64,000 nt of DNA from an uncultured virus (IMG/VR IMGVR_UViG_3300026095_000001) (lineage: Duplodnaviria > Heunggongvirae > Uroviricota > Caudoviricetes > Crassvirales). The position numbers and the translations under genes are program-made. This document shows positions 7,316-16,743 of this stretch, piece after piece; positions within the stretch are counted from its first letter, which is position 1; each line of letters opens with the position of its first letter. Under the pieces are notes generated by a model that saw only the letters and a list, made by a program, of their open reading frames with translations, had not been told where the DNA came from and made no database searches. The stretch is from the IMG/VR virus record IMGVR_UViG_3300026095_000001, one strand, 5' to 3'.

Positions 7316-7404
7316 GAAGGAGCAGGTGTTACATCTAAATTGCAATCAGAATGAAACGTCGGTTAACGAATTGTGTGCGTTAATCTCACCCCGCTCCTCC
7401 GTAC
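7316..7404 (-). ncRNA. Candidate trans-acting small RNA antisense to early-gene start regions
   Basis: Closing stem GGAGGAGC..GGTG/CACC.GCTCCTTC followed by TATTT; inner hairpin TTAACG/CGTTAA; loop TTTCATTCTGATTGCAATTTAGAT. A TTTG...TAATTTGC promoter-like sequence lies upstream (7406-7438). Confidence 0.55.
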
Positions 7405-7466
7405 AGCAAATTAGGTACATTTTTATTGAATTACCAAATATTCGTTTCACTATTTTTATGAAACAA

Positions 7467-8225
7467 TTATTTTCTTCCTGGCACTTCCGGATATAACTCC
7501 GTCACGACATCACTCTGCCAATACTCTTTTGTATCGAGGTCCATGATCGTCAACTTACCATTCCAACCGCCGCCCGTATCCAGGTTCCAGACACCTCCAG
7601 CGCAGACCGGACGCATCTCATCTATACGCTGACAGGTGGTATGCCCGATGAATATTTCCGTAAAATCATCCGCCGTTTTCAATCTATCCAGCCCTTTACA
7701 GCACAATGCTTTTTCCCACAGGTCGCGGTCCCAGTAGAACATATACTCATGATTGTGTTCATTTTGCTCCATGGTCAGCAGGCGATCAAATCCGCCATGC
7801 ACAAAGCAACGACCATTCTCCACGTAGTACAACTGCATCTGTTCGAAGAAGCGCCGATGGGCGAATGGGATATCCTGCGGCAACAGAAATTCCATGAATC
7901 CCCCAGCGCGATTGAGATGCATATTTTCCTCCGGCACACGCTTGCAATACGACAGCGCGGTCGCTTTACCGCCCTGCCGCCATCCATCTGAATGATAGCC
8001 GCTTAATATCCAGCGCAAGAACCATTCATCGTGATTGCCCAGGATATCGATGCGGTTAGGGATCGTTAGCAGCTCTTCCACGCACTCGTATACGTCCGGC
8101 CATCCGTCGCATATGTCGCCCAAAAAGATGAGGCGGTCTTCCTCTTTATTGATCTTACACCGCTCCAGCACCTGCTTCAAGCCCCGGTAACAGCCGTGCA
8201 GATCGCCTAATACAAATGTTCTCAT
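7467..8225 (-). CDS. Calcineurin-like metallophosphoesterase (Ser/Thr phosphatase, NinI/PphA-like)
   Basis: GDLHG, GDICD, GNHD, FVHGG, IGHT, NLDTGG motifs. Confidence 0.93.
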   Translation of the reverse strand: MRTFVLGDLHGCYRGLKQVLERCKINKEEDRLIFLGDICDGWPDVYECVEELLTIPNRIDILGNHDEWFLRWILSGYHSDGWRQGGKATALSYCKRVPEENMHLNRAGGFMEFLLPQDIPFAHRRFFEQMQLYYVENGRCFVHGGFDRLLTMEQNEHNHEYMFYWDRDLWEKALCCKGLDRLKTADDFTEIFIGHTTCQRIDEMRPVCAGGVWNLDTGGGWNGKLTIMDLDTKEYWQSDVVTELYPEVPGRK

Positions 8226-8908
8226 TTTCCTCTAAAGCTAGTTTTTTTACTAAATCCTTTGTTTTCAAATCTACTCATGTCGGTGGGGTCATCCGGCATC
8301 TTTGGCTCCTGATATGGTATCCAATTGTACAGCGCCATGTACGCCTGCGCGGGCGTCATCACCTGCCCAAACTTCACCTCTTTTAACAACCCATTCTTGA
8401 TGCGTAGGCAGTCAGGGTACTGGCCATCTCTATAGCAGCTGAATAATACCGGCGTGCTATACTTCGTATTCAACTTGACCTTGATCTTCCGAAAGTGCGT
8501 GGAATACCACCAATTTCGATGCTGATCGCGCTTATCCAGTTCGATATCGAAATGCCCTTCCAGACTCATGTGTCGATAATAGGCGCAGGAGAATGCGTCA
8601 GCCTGACGATCGAAAGTACGGCCATAGCGACTCACGATACGCGGGTTGATCGCCTCCTTAACGGCGGGCGGTATTTGGTAATAGTCGTACCAAAATGTAT
8701 CTTCTTTCCAGTCCCTTACATAGGGATACAGCTTATCGCAAAACCAGACCTCTCCCAGAAAGTACCGAGAATGGAGCAGGGCGTAGGAGAGTTCCTTCCC
8801 TACTTCTTTCTCCAGCACCTCCTCTTTTCGCACATACACCTTGCGCGGATCGCTGTCATGGCCGACCACGAAATCGTAGTAGTCTTTTTGTTTGGAAATG
8901 ATCTTCAT
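8222..8908 (-). CDS. Phage hypothetical protein
   Basis: MKIISKQKDYYD...GFSKKTSFR; ATGA overlaps with neighbours. Confidence 0.8.
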   Translation of the reverse strand: MKIISKQKDYYDFVVGHDSDPRKVYVRKEEVLEKEVGKELSYALLHSRYFLGEVWFCDKLYPYVRDWKEDTFWYDYYQIPPAVKEAINPRIVSRYGRTFDRQADAFSCAYYRHMSLEGHFDIELDKRDQHRNWWYSTHFRKIKVKLNTKYSTPVLFSCYRDGQYPDCLRIKNGLLKEVKFGQVMTPAQAYMALYNWIPYQEPKMPDDPTDMSRFENKGFSKKTSFRGK

Positions 8909-9171
8909 TTTCTGTTGTTGTCAGCTGGTCTAATAAAATCGCAAACGGTATATTGGTTTACGAGGGCGTTCCGGTGTGGGTACTCTGGATCAAGGTGAAA
9001 AAGATAATCTGGCGCATCTTCATCCATGTCCAGGTTCTGCCACATAGCCCAGCCCTTTCGATATTGCTCCGTGAGCTGCTTCGTACAGCGCCGGTATACG
9101 CGCGCCGCCACTTTCTTCATGTACCGGTTGCTTGGGTCTTTGATCCAAGGCTGTTTGTAACTTCTTGACAT
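8905..9171 (-). CDS. Small basic protein (MSRSYK...CD type)
   Basis: MSRSYKQPWIKD...KKVAARVYRR...YTVCDF. Confidence 0.7.
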   Translation of the reverse strand: MSRSYKQPWIKDPSNRYMKKVAARVYRRCTKQLTEQYRKGWAMWQNLDMDEDAPDYLFHLDPEYPHRNALVNQYTVCDFIRPADNNRK

Positions 9172-9249
9172 AAAACTTATTTTGGTGATGCATCATTGCA
9201 TTTACCAGAAATAAGCTTGTGGGTTGAGTATATTCATATTCGCTATATT

Positions 9250-9624
9250 TTATTTTGGAATTGTTATCGCCTGAAATGCCTTCGTACTGTCTTCCCAAGT
9301 TACGTATACTTGCCATTGGTTCTTTTGAGGGAGCTTAATCATCGTGGCGGATATAAATTTCGTATCGTTACTGTCAATATTCCGATAACAAAATAACGCC
9401 GTCACCGAATCCATTACATGCTGTTCCCGATAGATTTTATATGTCATCCCATCCAGGATAAAGAGCGTTTTTGTCGTGCTTATACTGCTGTTGCAAGGCG
9501 TATACTTCAAATGAGTCCCATCCCTTAGCCCGGAGCCATAGCTGGAAACTGCGTAAGCCTGCAAACGAGACGGGAGGGGTATTTGTGCTAGGATCAATAG
9601 CGAAATAAAGATTATATTATTCAT
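9250..9624 (-). CDS. Putative exported protein
   Basis: Hydrophobic signal-like N-terminus. Confidence 0.6.
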   Translation of the reverse strand: MNNIIFISLLILAQIPLPSRLQAYAVSSYGSGLRDGTHLKYTPCNSSISTTKTLFILDGMTYKIYREQHVMDSVTALFCYRNIDSNDTKFISATMIKLPQKNQWQVYVTWEDSTKAFQAITIPK

Positions 9625-9630
9625 TATCTT

Positions 9631-11133
9631 TTATTTTGCAATTCTCGGCATGGGTTCATTGGGGTTGATAATTAATTTATCAATGACATCCCCCTTGCGC
9701 CAATGATTCCAAGCCGTTATGATATAACGCACCCGGTTCGCTGAGCCTGGGGCGCCGCTAGGTTGTAACGTAGGGTTCTTGCCCCAATTATCCAATATAT
9801 TATACAAAAGAAATATAGAACTCGTTTCGTCTCCTTTTCCGACTTTTTCCTTCATGGCCAGCCGCGTAAAGAATTCTTCCGCCGCTGCTTTGCTTTTTTG
9901 ATGCATTAGAAAAAACATACCTGCCCACAAGTCCTTTCTTAACAGCTTTTTCCCATGTTTAAAAAATATTCTATTGGTTAGCGATGTAGCTAATCTTAAC
10001 CGATCGGCGTCTTCTTCGCGCGACATGAACTCGACGATGTCCGCATTAGTGGCCACCTTCCCCGTTTTCTTATTCTTGCTTGTCGGGACGCCATGCGTAA
10101 GCATGTTTTTAATGACCATTAGATTCTTCGCAAATTGATTGGGGTCGGGTACATTAAGCAACGACATGGTGTCTCCCGCACTTCTACCGCGTCCCGTATT
10201 CAACACGCCATGGGTATTTTCTTTCAGGCCGCAAAAGATCATCGTTTCCTGGGTGGTTCCGGACTTAATGATAGCTAAAAGACGATGCTGTCCGTCTTTC
10301 AGCAGACCGTTGATATCATACCCCACCGTGCTCTCATTTGTCCACTCCCACGCGCTTTTTTCCATATCGATGGAATAGCCGAAAACAGTTTCTACTTTCA
10401 ATTGACGATTGAGCGTATTACGGATCATCATGTCTTCGGCCATGAGCGGGGTAATGAATTCACGAATCGTGCCTCTTGTCTTCGCTTCCCTGTCAATGCG
10501 TTTGAGAATGTCAGTATCCGGTTTATCTTTTTTCGCCACCACATTGGTCAGAAAATATTTTTCGTGACTTGTCATCTCCACTTCGTCTTCGGAGAGGACT
10601 TTTGGTTTTGTTATGGAGTCAATAGAAACGGCCAAATATTCCCTACCCGGTATCTCCTTGAAGGACATTTTTACGATGATCGAGGATTTCAAGATGCTAG
10701 GTAACTCTATTTTTTTATCGATTTCCTTCGATATCGTTATAATCTCTTCTGTAATCCTTTTTTTGTCTCCACGCGATGCGTTCACTTTAAATTTGTCGCC
10801 TTCTACATTTACAGCCAGTTCGATAGCGTGCGTTTTAATGTGATCTGACTTAGGATCGAAAAACGCCAACATCGAACGTTGTTTTTGTGGAATACCGCTG
10901 GTAATGGCGATACTCTTGATATTTGGGTGCGTCTTGAAATAATTCCCAAAGAAAATGTTTTTAATGAAATGTCCCCTGGCGGCACCTACATTCTGTATGA
11001 CAATTTGCAAATCGTAATCCAGTACTTGGCGCCCCTTCACATTAATCTTCAGAGGAAAGTCGCTCTGTTGAAGGTACTTAATAAACGTGGCATCGTCCAT
11101 AGGCTTACCTGGCCTGATGATTTGTTCTTCCAT
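9631..11133 (-). CDS. DGQHR/ParB-like domain protein with long N-terminal extension
   Basis: NRQL...NG.LKDGQHRLLAIIKSG...TGRGRSAGD. Confidence 0.8.
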   Translation of the reverse strand: MEEQIIRPGKPMDDATFIKYLQQSDFPLKINVKGRQVLDYDLQIVIQNVGAARGHFIKNIFFGNYFKTHPNIKSIAITSGIPQKQRSMLAFFDPKSDHIKTHAIELAVNVEGDKFKVNASRGDKKRITEEIITISKEIDKKIELPSILKSSIIVKMSFKEIPGREYLAVSIDSITKPKVLSEDEVEMTSHEKYFLTNVVAKKDKPDTDILKRIDREAKTRGTIREFITPLMAEDMMIRNTLNRQLKVETVFGYSIDMEKSAWEWTNESTVGYDINGLLKDGQHRLLAIIKSGTTQETMIFCGLKENTHGVLNTGRGRSAGDTMSLLNVPDPNQFAKNLMVIKNMLTHGVPTSKNKKTGKVATNADIVEFMSREEDADRLRLATSLTNRIFFKHGKKLLRKDLWAGMFFLMHQKSKAAAEEFFTRLAMKEKVGKGDETSSIFLLYNILDNWGKNPTLQPSGAPGSANRVRYIITAWNHWRKGDVIDKLIINPNEPMPRIAK

Positions 11134-11180
11134 TTGATTTCGGTTGTTGATTATCGTTAGTGGTTAAAAAAATAAAATGT

Positions 11181-11224
11181 AAAAAGGGATGGAAGTTAAA
11201 GAATTTATCCTTAACTTTCATCCC
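11181..11224 (-). terminator. Intrinsic terminator downstream of the repressor gene
   Basis: GGGATGAAAGTTAA/TTAACTTCCATCCC stem followed by TTTTT on the minus strand. Confidence 0.6.
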
Positions 11225-11278
11225 CTTCAACGAGATCGCTATCCGCTAAAATCCTGGTTATGCGCCGCAGAAAAAAAA

Positions 11279-11725
11279 CTACGAAGAAAAATACCCTGAC
11301 TTTAATACTTCGTCGAGCTGACGTGCTGCGTCCTCTAACATTGCTGCCTGTGCCGCCTCCCACTCCTCAGCCGTCTTTTCCTTCTTCTGTTCATTCAGAA
11401 CATAAGCTACCTCCGGCCGAAGGCGGATAACTTCCTTAACCAGCCAGCTGACGACCTGTTCCAAATCAACCTTTACCGCCTCTTCGTCATCGTTCAGCAG
11501 GTGCTTATACTCGCGCTGGAGCTTCAATATATATGTTGAGGCTTCCGCTGGCAGCGGGGCGCCGTCCCGATCTCGTTTTTTCAAAGAACTCAGCCACTGC
11601 TTTCCCATGCCAAGCACCCTCGCCATGTCTTTTTCCATGACGGGCTTCCCGGCCAGGATCGAGGCCGCCTTGATCTTTTCAATTAGGATATTGAGACGGG
11701 GCGGCGTGGGCTTTTGCTTTGCCAT
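11279..11725 (-). CDS. Putative repressor-like HTH protein
   Basis: EKDMARVLGMGKQWLSSLK; divergent from a Cro-like gene. Confidence 0.65.
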   Translation of the reverse strand: MAKQKPTPPRLNILIEKIKAASILAGKPVMEKDMARVLGMGKQWLSSLKKRDRDGAPLPAEASTYILKLQREYKHLLNDDEEAVKVDLEQVVSWLVKEVIRLRPEVAYVLNEQKKEKTAEEWEAAQAAMLEDAARQLDEVLKSGYFSS

Positions 11726-11743
11726 TTTTAAAATTTTTTTGGA

Positions 11744-11854
11744 TGAAATTTAGAGGTTTTTCAAAATTGTTTCAGTCTTCTGCTGAAACAATTATATTTC
11801 CTCCAGGGTGTTCTAAGTTCGTCTGAGTTCGCTTAACTTCGTCTGAGTTCGCTT
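11744..11854. promoter_or_regulatory. Divergent promoters and operators (lysis/lysogeny switch candidate)
   Basis: Minus-strand TAAATTTC (11744-11751), plus-strand TATATTTC (11793-11800), 11-bp inverted repeat at 11765-11793, 17-bp direct repeats at 11818 and 11838. Confidence 0.6.
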
Positions 11855-11889
11855 TAGTTAAGCTACAGGACGCAATATACAACTGCACA

Positions 11890-12114
11890 ATGAATTCTAC
11901 AACTATTTCTACAAAAAAAGGTATCAGGGAGGCGTACGCCTCGTTGACGGCCGAAGAAATCCAGGCCCTGGAGCAGCGCATAGATGGCTATGGCTGGCTG
12001 GCGGATAGCGCCCGGAGAGCGGGGGTGCACACCAACACCATTCGTAACATTATCCGGCGCGGCTACGGGACTGCGGAAGCCGTGAATAGGATACGCATAA
12101 GACTATTGTCGTGA
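11890..12114 (+). CDS. Cro-like HTH protein
   Basis: LADSARRAGVHTNTIRNII; first gene of the rightward replication operon. Confidence 0.7.
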   Translation: MNSTTISTKKGIREAYASLTAEEIQALEQRIDGYGWLADSARRAGVHTNTIRNIIRRGYGTAEAVNRIRIRLLS

Positions 12115-12260
12115 AGATCATACACATCAACCGGACTCGAATAAGGCGCGAAGCACAACGCGATGAAGAGCGGGAGATCACCTTCCGCCAGCTGGAGCAA
12201 GTGTTGCGCAATCGAGTGAACAAAAAATACAAATTACTGAACAAGGAACGCACTAAGTAA
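12111..12260 (+). CDS. Small hypothetical protein (49 aa)
   Basis: GTG start overlapping the upstream TGA; MKIIHINRTRIRREAQR... Confidence 0.5.
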   Translation: MKIIHINRTRIRREAQRDEEREITFRQLEQVLRNRVNKKYKLLNKERTK

Positions 12261-12280
12261 TTCACTAACACATCATACAA

Positions 12281-12952
12281 ATGAACAGTAAAATTCCCGC
12301 TACAAGCGGCCAGGGAGAGCTTTTGCATTCGCTTGTCATTCATGGCGACCTTTCGAAGATGAACGAACAGCAGAAGGTCGCCTATTACATGGAGTTTTGC
12401 CACACCTTAGGATTAAACCCCATCACCCAGCCCTTTGCCATTCTGAAGTTCCAAGGCAAGGAAATTCTGTACGCAAAGAAAGACGCTACCGAACAACTTC
12501 GGAACAGCCGGGGCATTAGCGTGGTGGACCTTACCAACGTTATCGCTGGCGGCTGTTGTGTGACAACCTGCAAAGTCAAAGATAAGGTGGGCAAGACCGA
12601 TATGGCCACCGGCGTCGTAAACATCGAAGGGCTCAAAGGTGAAAACCTCGCTAACGCCATGATGAAAGCAGAGACGAAAGCGAAACGTCGCGCCACACTC
12701 AGCATATGCGGCCTTGGCATGATGGATGAGTCGGAAATTCAATCCGTCGACGCGAATGCGGTCATCGTGGATATCCCCGTCAAAGAACAGACGAAGCCTC
12801 CTCTTTCCGATAAAGCCTTTGGCGCTGCCTTCGAACGTATTCAGAAGGGGGAACTCGACCTGATCCACAAGCTTCGGGAACATTATGAGATATCTACCGC
12901 GCAAAACGATACGTTGGTAGGATTGGAAGACGCTAACATCGTAACACAATGA
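12281..12952 (+). CDS. Putative single-strand annealing recombinase (RecT/Red-beta-like)
   Basis: GDLSKM...C..LGLNP..QPF...ANAMMKAETKAKRRATLSICGLG; position in the replication module. Confidence 0.65.
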   Translation: MNSKIPATSGQGELLHSLVIHGDLSKMNEQQKVAYYMEFCHTLGLNPITQPFAILKFQGKEILYAKKDATEQLRNSRGISVVDLTNVIAGGCCVTTCKVKDKVGKTDMATGVVNIEGLKGENLANAMMKAETKAKRRATLSICGLGMMDESEIQSVDANAVIVDIPVKEQTKPPLSDKAFGAAFERIQKGELDLIHKLREHYEISTAQNDTLVGLEDANIVTQ

Positions 12953-13163
12953 CACCTGAACAAGAAAGAGCCCTGGAGGTGCTGGCGTGGATCATCGTCT
13001 GCACCGCTATTGTTGCCTGCATTTTAATTTTTGTATAACATGGAAATCTACGAATTGGAAGTCGGTCAATACCGCCGGCGCGGATCGCTGGAATACATCA
13101 ACCAGCTCTCCCGCAGCCTGGAAGTGGAATACGCCGTTTATCGCATCAAACAATCTAAACTCA

Positions 13164-13496
13164 ATGACATACCTGATCAAAATGGTGCCGGAACATGTTT
13201 GGCACCCGGATGGTTCGAAATTACAAGGCGAGATTCCGGCAGCCGGAACAGCCCGTTCTTACCTCCATCAGCTGGAGCTGCCGCACTTCTTAAACTCGCA
13301 GCCGGGCCTCGGGCTGGTTACTGCTGGTCATGTTTCTATGATCATCCCATCCGATATGGAACTGAGTATTCAGGATGAGGTGGTGAATGAGTATGGCTGG
13401 AGGGCGCTTGTCGCGGATATCATAGAACGTCGCCCCGCCAAAGGGAATTGGCCTGAGAGGAAACGGCCCGATTTTGTTGAAGTAGCCTACATCTGA
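13164..13496 (+). CDS. Hypothetical protein
   Basis: ATG in an A-rich context; MTYLIKMVPEHVWHPDG... Confidence 0.6.
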   Translation: MTYLIKMVPEHVWHPDGSKLQGEIPAAGTARSYLHQLELPHFLNSQPGLGLVTAGHVSMIIPSDMELSIQDEVVNEYGWRALVADIIERRPAKGNWPERKRPDFVEVAYI

Positions 13497-13505
13497 TCAT
13501 TCCAC

Positions 13506-14027
13506 GTGAAACCAGCTACAATGAAAGCTACAACGAAACGTACAGAGCCGTGGCGCGAAGAGTATAGACGCCTATGGTTTCAGCACCAGAACAAAAAATT
13601 CCCGGAATTTTTTCGGGGATGCGCCAATCCTTACGACTATCTACTATGGCCGGTGGAAAAAAAAGCGAACGGACTCACGAAATTGATTTGTAACTTTCTC
13701 ACGTGGAAAGGCCATCATGCGAATCGAATTAACACGCAAGGCCAAGCCCGCGTACAGAAGATTCCCCGCTTTAATATTTTCACCGAAAGCATACAGACCT
13801 TCGATAAGGTAACGTACACGAAAAGCACCACGAAGAGGGGAACCCCGGACATTACAGCCATTATCAATGGCAGGGCCGTCATGATCGAAGTAAAGGTCGG
13901 CAAGGATCGGCTCAGCGAAGATCAACGAAAGGAGATGGCAGCCATCGAGCAAGCAGGCGGCATTTACTACGTGGCCCGCAACATGGCCGATTTTTATGAA
14001 TGGTACTATAAAACATTTGCCGCATGA
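13506..14027 (+). CDS. VRR-NUC (PD-(D/E)xK) nuclease
   Basis: GTPDITAIINGRAVMIEVK...LSEDQ...AGGIYYVAR. Confidence 0.88.
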   Translation: MKPATMKATTKRTEPWREEYRRLWFQHQNKKFPEFFRGCANPYDYLLWPVEKKANGLTKLICNFLTWKGHHANRINTQGQARVQKIPRFNIFTESIQTFDKVTYTKSTTKRGTPDITAIINGRAVMIEVKVGKDRLSEDQRKEMAAIEQAGGIYYVARNMADFYEWYYKTFAA

Positions 14028-14248
14028 ATTTTAAGATACTGGATAACCTTCAATGTATCGGTGATGTCATCAATCCGAAGCACGGTGAAAAAACGGTGAC
14101 GATCTATGATAACGAAGGATATTTGAAAGATCATTTAACAGCCGCACAATTACTGCTGATCATTGAAGATTTTAAACTGCTTTATCAACAGCTACTCGAT
14201 TGCGATCCTGTTAACGATCCCGACTATTATTCAACTTTTCCAGACTAA
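14024..14248 (+). CDS. Hypothetical protein
   Basis: ATGA overlap. Confidence 0.65.
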   Translation: MNFKILDNLQCIGDVINPKHGEKTVTIYDNEGYLKDHLTAAQLLLIIEDFKLLYQQLLDCDPVNDPDYYSTFPD

Positions 14249-14265
14249 CGCTATCCATACATACC

Positions 14266-16743
14266 ATGAGCGAATCCCTATCCATCGTATGGGAGCAAGT
14301 TAGTGCGCTCCTGGATATTGGTATCTCTGTGATCCCCGTGCGGGACCAGGAGGTGCAAGGTAAACCGGCGAAGACGCCCTATGGCAACTGGAAACAATAC
14401 CAGCAACGCATCATTACGCCACAAGAGTTGTGGGCGTTGATGGAGCGATACAATACCACGGCCATCGCCATGATCTGCGGACCGATATCGGGCAACCTGG
14501 AGGTAATTGACATCGATGTGAAAAATTGGGCAGGTATTGATGCACGTTATTTTGAAGCCATCCGGGAATTGTACCCGGACCTATGGCAAAACCTCCGTAT
14601 CCACAGCACCCCATCGGGGGGGTATCACATATTGTACCGGATAGATAGGCCCGGTACAGGTAACCAAAAGCTCGCGACTGCGTCCACGTCAACGCAGGCC
14701 GGCATTGAAACAAGGGGTGTGGGGGGCTACATTGTGGCGCCCCCCTCCTTGGGTTACCAAGTTTATCGGGACAACCCGATCCCGCTGGTCACCTGGGAAC
14801 AACGGGAAAGCCTGATCAACCTGGCCAAGAGCTTTGACGAAAAGGTAAAAGTCGTCGCGGCGCCAACACTACCCAAAAACAAATCAGATTACTATGATGA
14901 AAATCCATTCGAACACTTTAATGGTTCAAGTGCCGCTGAATCGATCCTTGTCGATCAGGGATGGACAAGAGAACGATCTGGAAATAGCCATTATCAATAT
15001 TTTACCCGACCGGGTAAATCTACTGGTATCAGTGCCTCTTTCATTCATCGGACCCGACTTTACTATATCTTCACTTCCAGCACCGTACTTGAACCATCAC
15101 GCGCCTATGATCCAGCTGCTATCCTCTGCCGACTACGATTTAATGGAGATGCAAAGGCGACCTACGAATGGCTCGTCGCCAACGGATACGGAAAGATCGC
15201 ACCCCGTCACGAGCAACGACTTATCCGGGCCAGAGTATTAGACGGGGACGCCCTTCCCGGTAACGCCAGTGAGGAAGCCAAAGTCACCTATCAGACCGTA
15301 CGCCTTCAGCTCCAGGAGCGCTACCCGCACGGCACCTACTGGGTGCAGGAGGACGACGAAAATGTCGTCAAGATCAACCGCGAACGGTTGTATCATGTAG
15401 CGAACCGCCTGGGCTTCCGTTATTATCAAACGGGGCTGGTACAGATCGAGGGATACCTTATCCGACATGTCACCGACCGGTATTTCTATGACACGCTCAA
15501 AGCCTATTGCACCGAACCGGAGGCGGACTTCCTGGAGGCTATCCGCAACGCCTTCGAAGCCTTCATCCAACGGGCGGGGACGTTCACCATTACGCGCGTC
15601 CAGCTCCTGGACGAAAACGCGCTATTGAACTCGGATAAACGCACCTGCTATAAATTCTACCGCAACGGATATGTCCGAATCACTGCGACGGAACGATCGT
15701 TTCAGCTATACGCCGATCTACCACCAGGCCGCCTGATCTGGGAAGAGCAACTGATACCGCGTGATCACATTCTGTCCGACGCAAGCGCTACGGCGCATCA
15801 GTCGTTGTATTACCAATTCCTGGAGAAAGCCATCGGCATCACACCATACCTGTGGCAGCTGATCGGCTATCTAGCCCATGACTATAAAGATGAAACCATG
15901 GGGTATTTCGTCGTGCTGGTGGAATCCTGCGCCAACCCCCGCGAAGGCGGCGGGACAGGCAAGAACCTCTTCTGCAACCTGCTGTCCCACATTACGACGG
16001 TCAAGAACCTCAGCGGATCGCAGGTACAACTCAACGAAAAGCTCCTGCAAGCGTGGCAGTACGAGCGGGTGTTGGTGATCTCAGATGTACCGAAACATTT
16101 CAACTTCACCTTTTTCAAAGAGCTGTCAACTGGCAGCGCCACGAAAAAAAATCTTTACCGCGATGAGATCATCCTGGCACCGCACCTGCTGCCTAAGCTT
16201 GTCTTCAGCACCAACTATTCCTTTGAAAATGTGGATGGCGGTATCCTGCGGCGCATTCGTCCACTGGAATTCAGCTCCTTCTTTACTAAAATAGGCGGCG
16301 TCGATCAATACTTCGGCAAACTCTTCCCCCAGGATTGGACCGCAGAAGATTGGCAGGCCTATGACTGGCTCTTGCACCAAGCCATCCAATCGTACCTCGC
16401 CAATCCGAAGATACCAGCCCAGGACCTTTCTACGAGCGGGTGGAACAAGCAATTCGACCAAACGTATCATTTCTCCACGCGCGGGTTCATCCTGGAACAT
16501 TGGGAGCTCTGGCAACGTACGAAATTTGTATCGAACGATGATTTCAAACAGGCGTATGATCTGTATTGCAATGCCAACGGCGTGCAGACGCGCTACCGTC
16601 TCACGGCGTTCCGGCTCAACGAAGCATTGGAAGATTATTGCCGCCGACAGGGGGTCTTTTACGATCGAAACGCTGTGCAGCGCTTCAACAACATAGCGAT
16701 TAGGGGGCGGAGCTTTCAATCACTGGTGCCTGCTCCTTTTTGA
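14266..16743 (+). CDS. Bifunctional primase-polymerase fused to SF3/D5-like helicase
   Basis: VIDIDVK, TPSGGYHILY, IETRGVGGYIVAPPS; Walker A GGTGKN; STN and RR motifs. Confidence 0.92.
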   Translation: MSESLSIVWEQVSALLDIGISVIPVRDQEVQGKPAKTPYGNWKQYQQRIITPQELWALMERYNTTAIAMICGPISGNLEVIDIDVKNWAGIDARYFEAIRELYPDLWQNLRIHSTPSGGYHILYRIDRPGTGNQKLATASTSTQAGIETRGVGGYIVAPPSLGYQVYRDNPIPLVTWEQRESLINLAKSFDEKVKVVAAPTLPKNKSDYYDENPFEHFNGSSAAESILVDQGWTRERSGNSHYQYFTRPGKSTGISASFIHRTRLYYIFTSSTVLEPSRAYDPAAILCRLRFNGDAKATYEWLVANGYGKIAPRHEQRLIRARVLDGDALPGNASEEAKVTYQTVRLQLQERYPHGTYWVQEDDENVVKINRERLYHVANRLGFRYYQTGLVQIEGYLIRHVTDRYFYDTLKAYCTEPEADFLEAIRNAFEAFIQRAGTFTITRVQLLDENALLNSDKRTCYKFYRNGYVRITATERSFQLYADLPPGRLIWEEQLIPRDHILSDASATAHQSLYYQFLEKAIGITPYLWQLIGYLAHDYKDETMGYFVVLVESCANPREGGGTGKNLFCNLLSHITTVKNLSGSQVQLNEKLLQAWQYERVLVISDVPKHFNFTFFKELSTGSATKKNLYRDEIILAPHLLPKLVFSTNYSFENVDGGILRRIRPLEFSSFFTKIGGVDQYFGKLFPQDWTAEDWQAYDWLLHQAIQSYLANPKIPAQDLSTSGWNKQFDQTYHFSTRGFILEHWELWQRTKFVSNDDFKQAYDLYCNANGVQTRYRLTAFRLNEALEDYCRRQGVFYDRNAVQRFNNIAIRGRSFQSLVPAPF

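Noticed and set aside
7351..7383. Plus-strand 10-codon ORF MKRRLTNCVR after the 13-mer
   Set aside because: It is very short, opposes the local transcription direction and has no plus-strand promoter that I could see. Kept only as the alternative to the sRNA model.
13040..13378. ORF MEIYELEVGQ...
   Set aside because: The first ~40 codons look real, but the rest overlaps 13164..13496 by over 200 nt. The boundaries cannot be supported.
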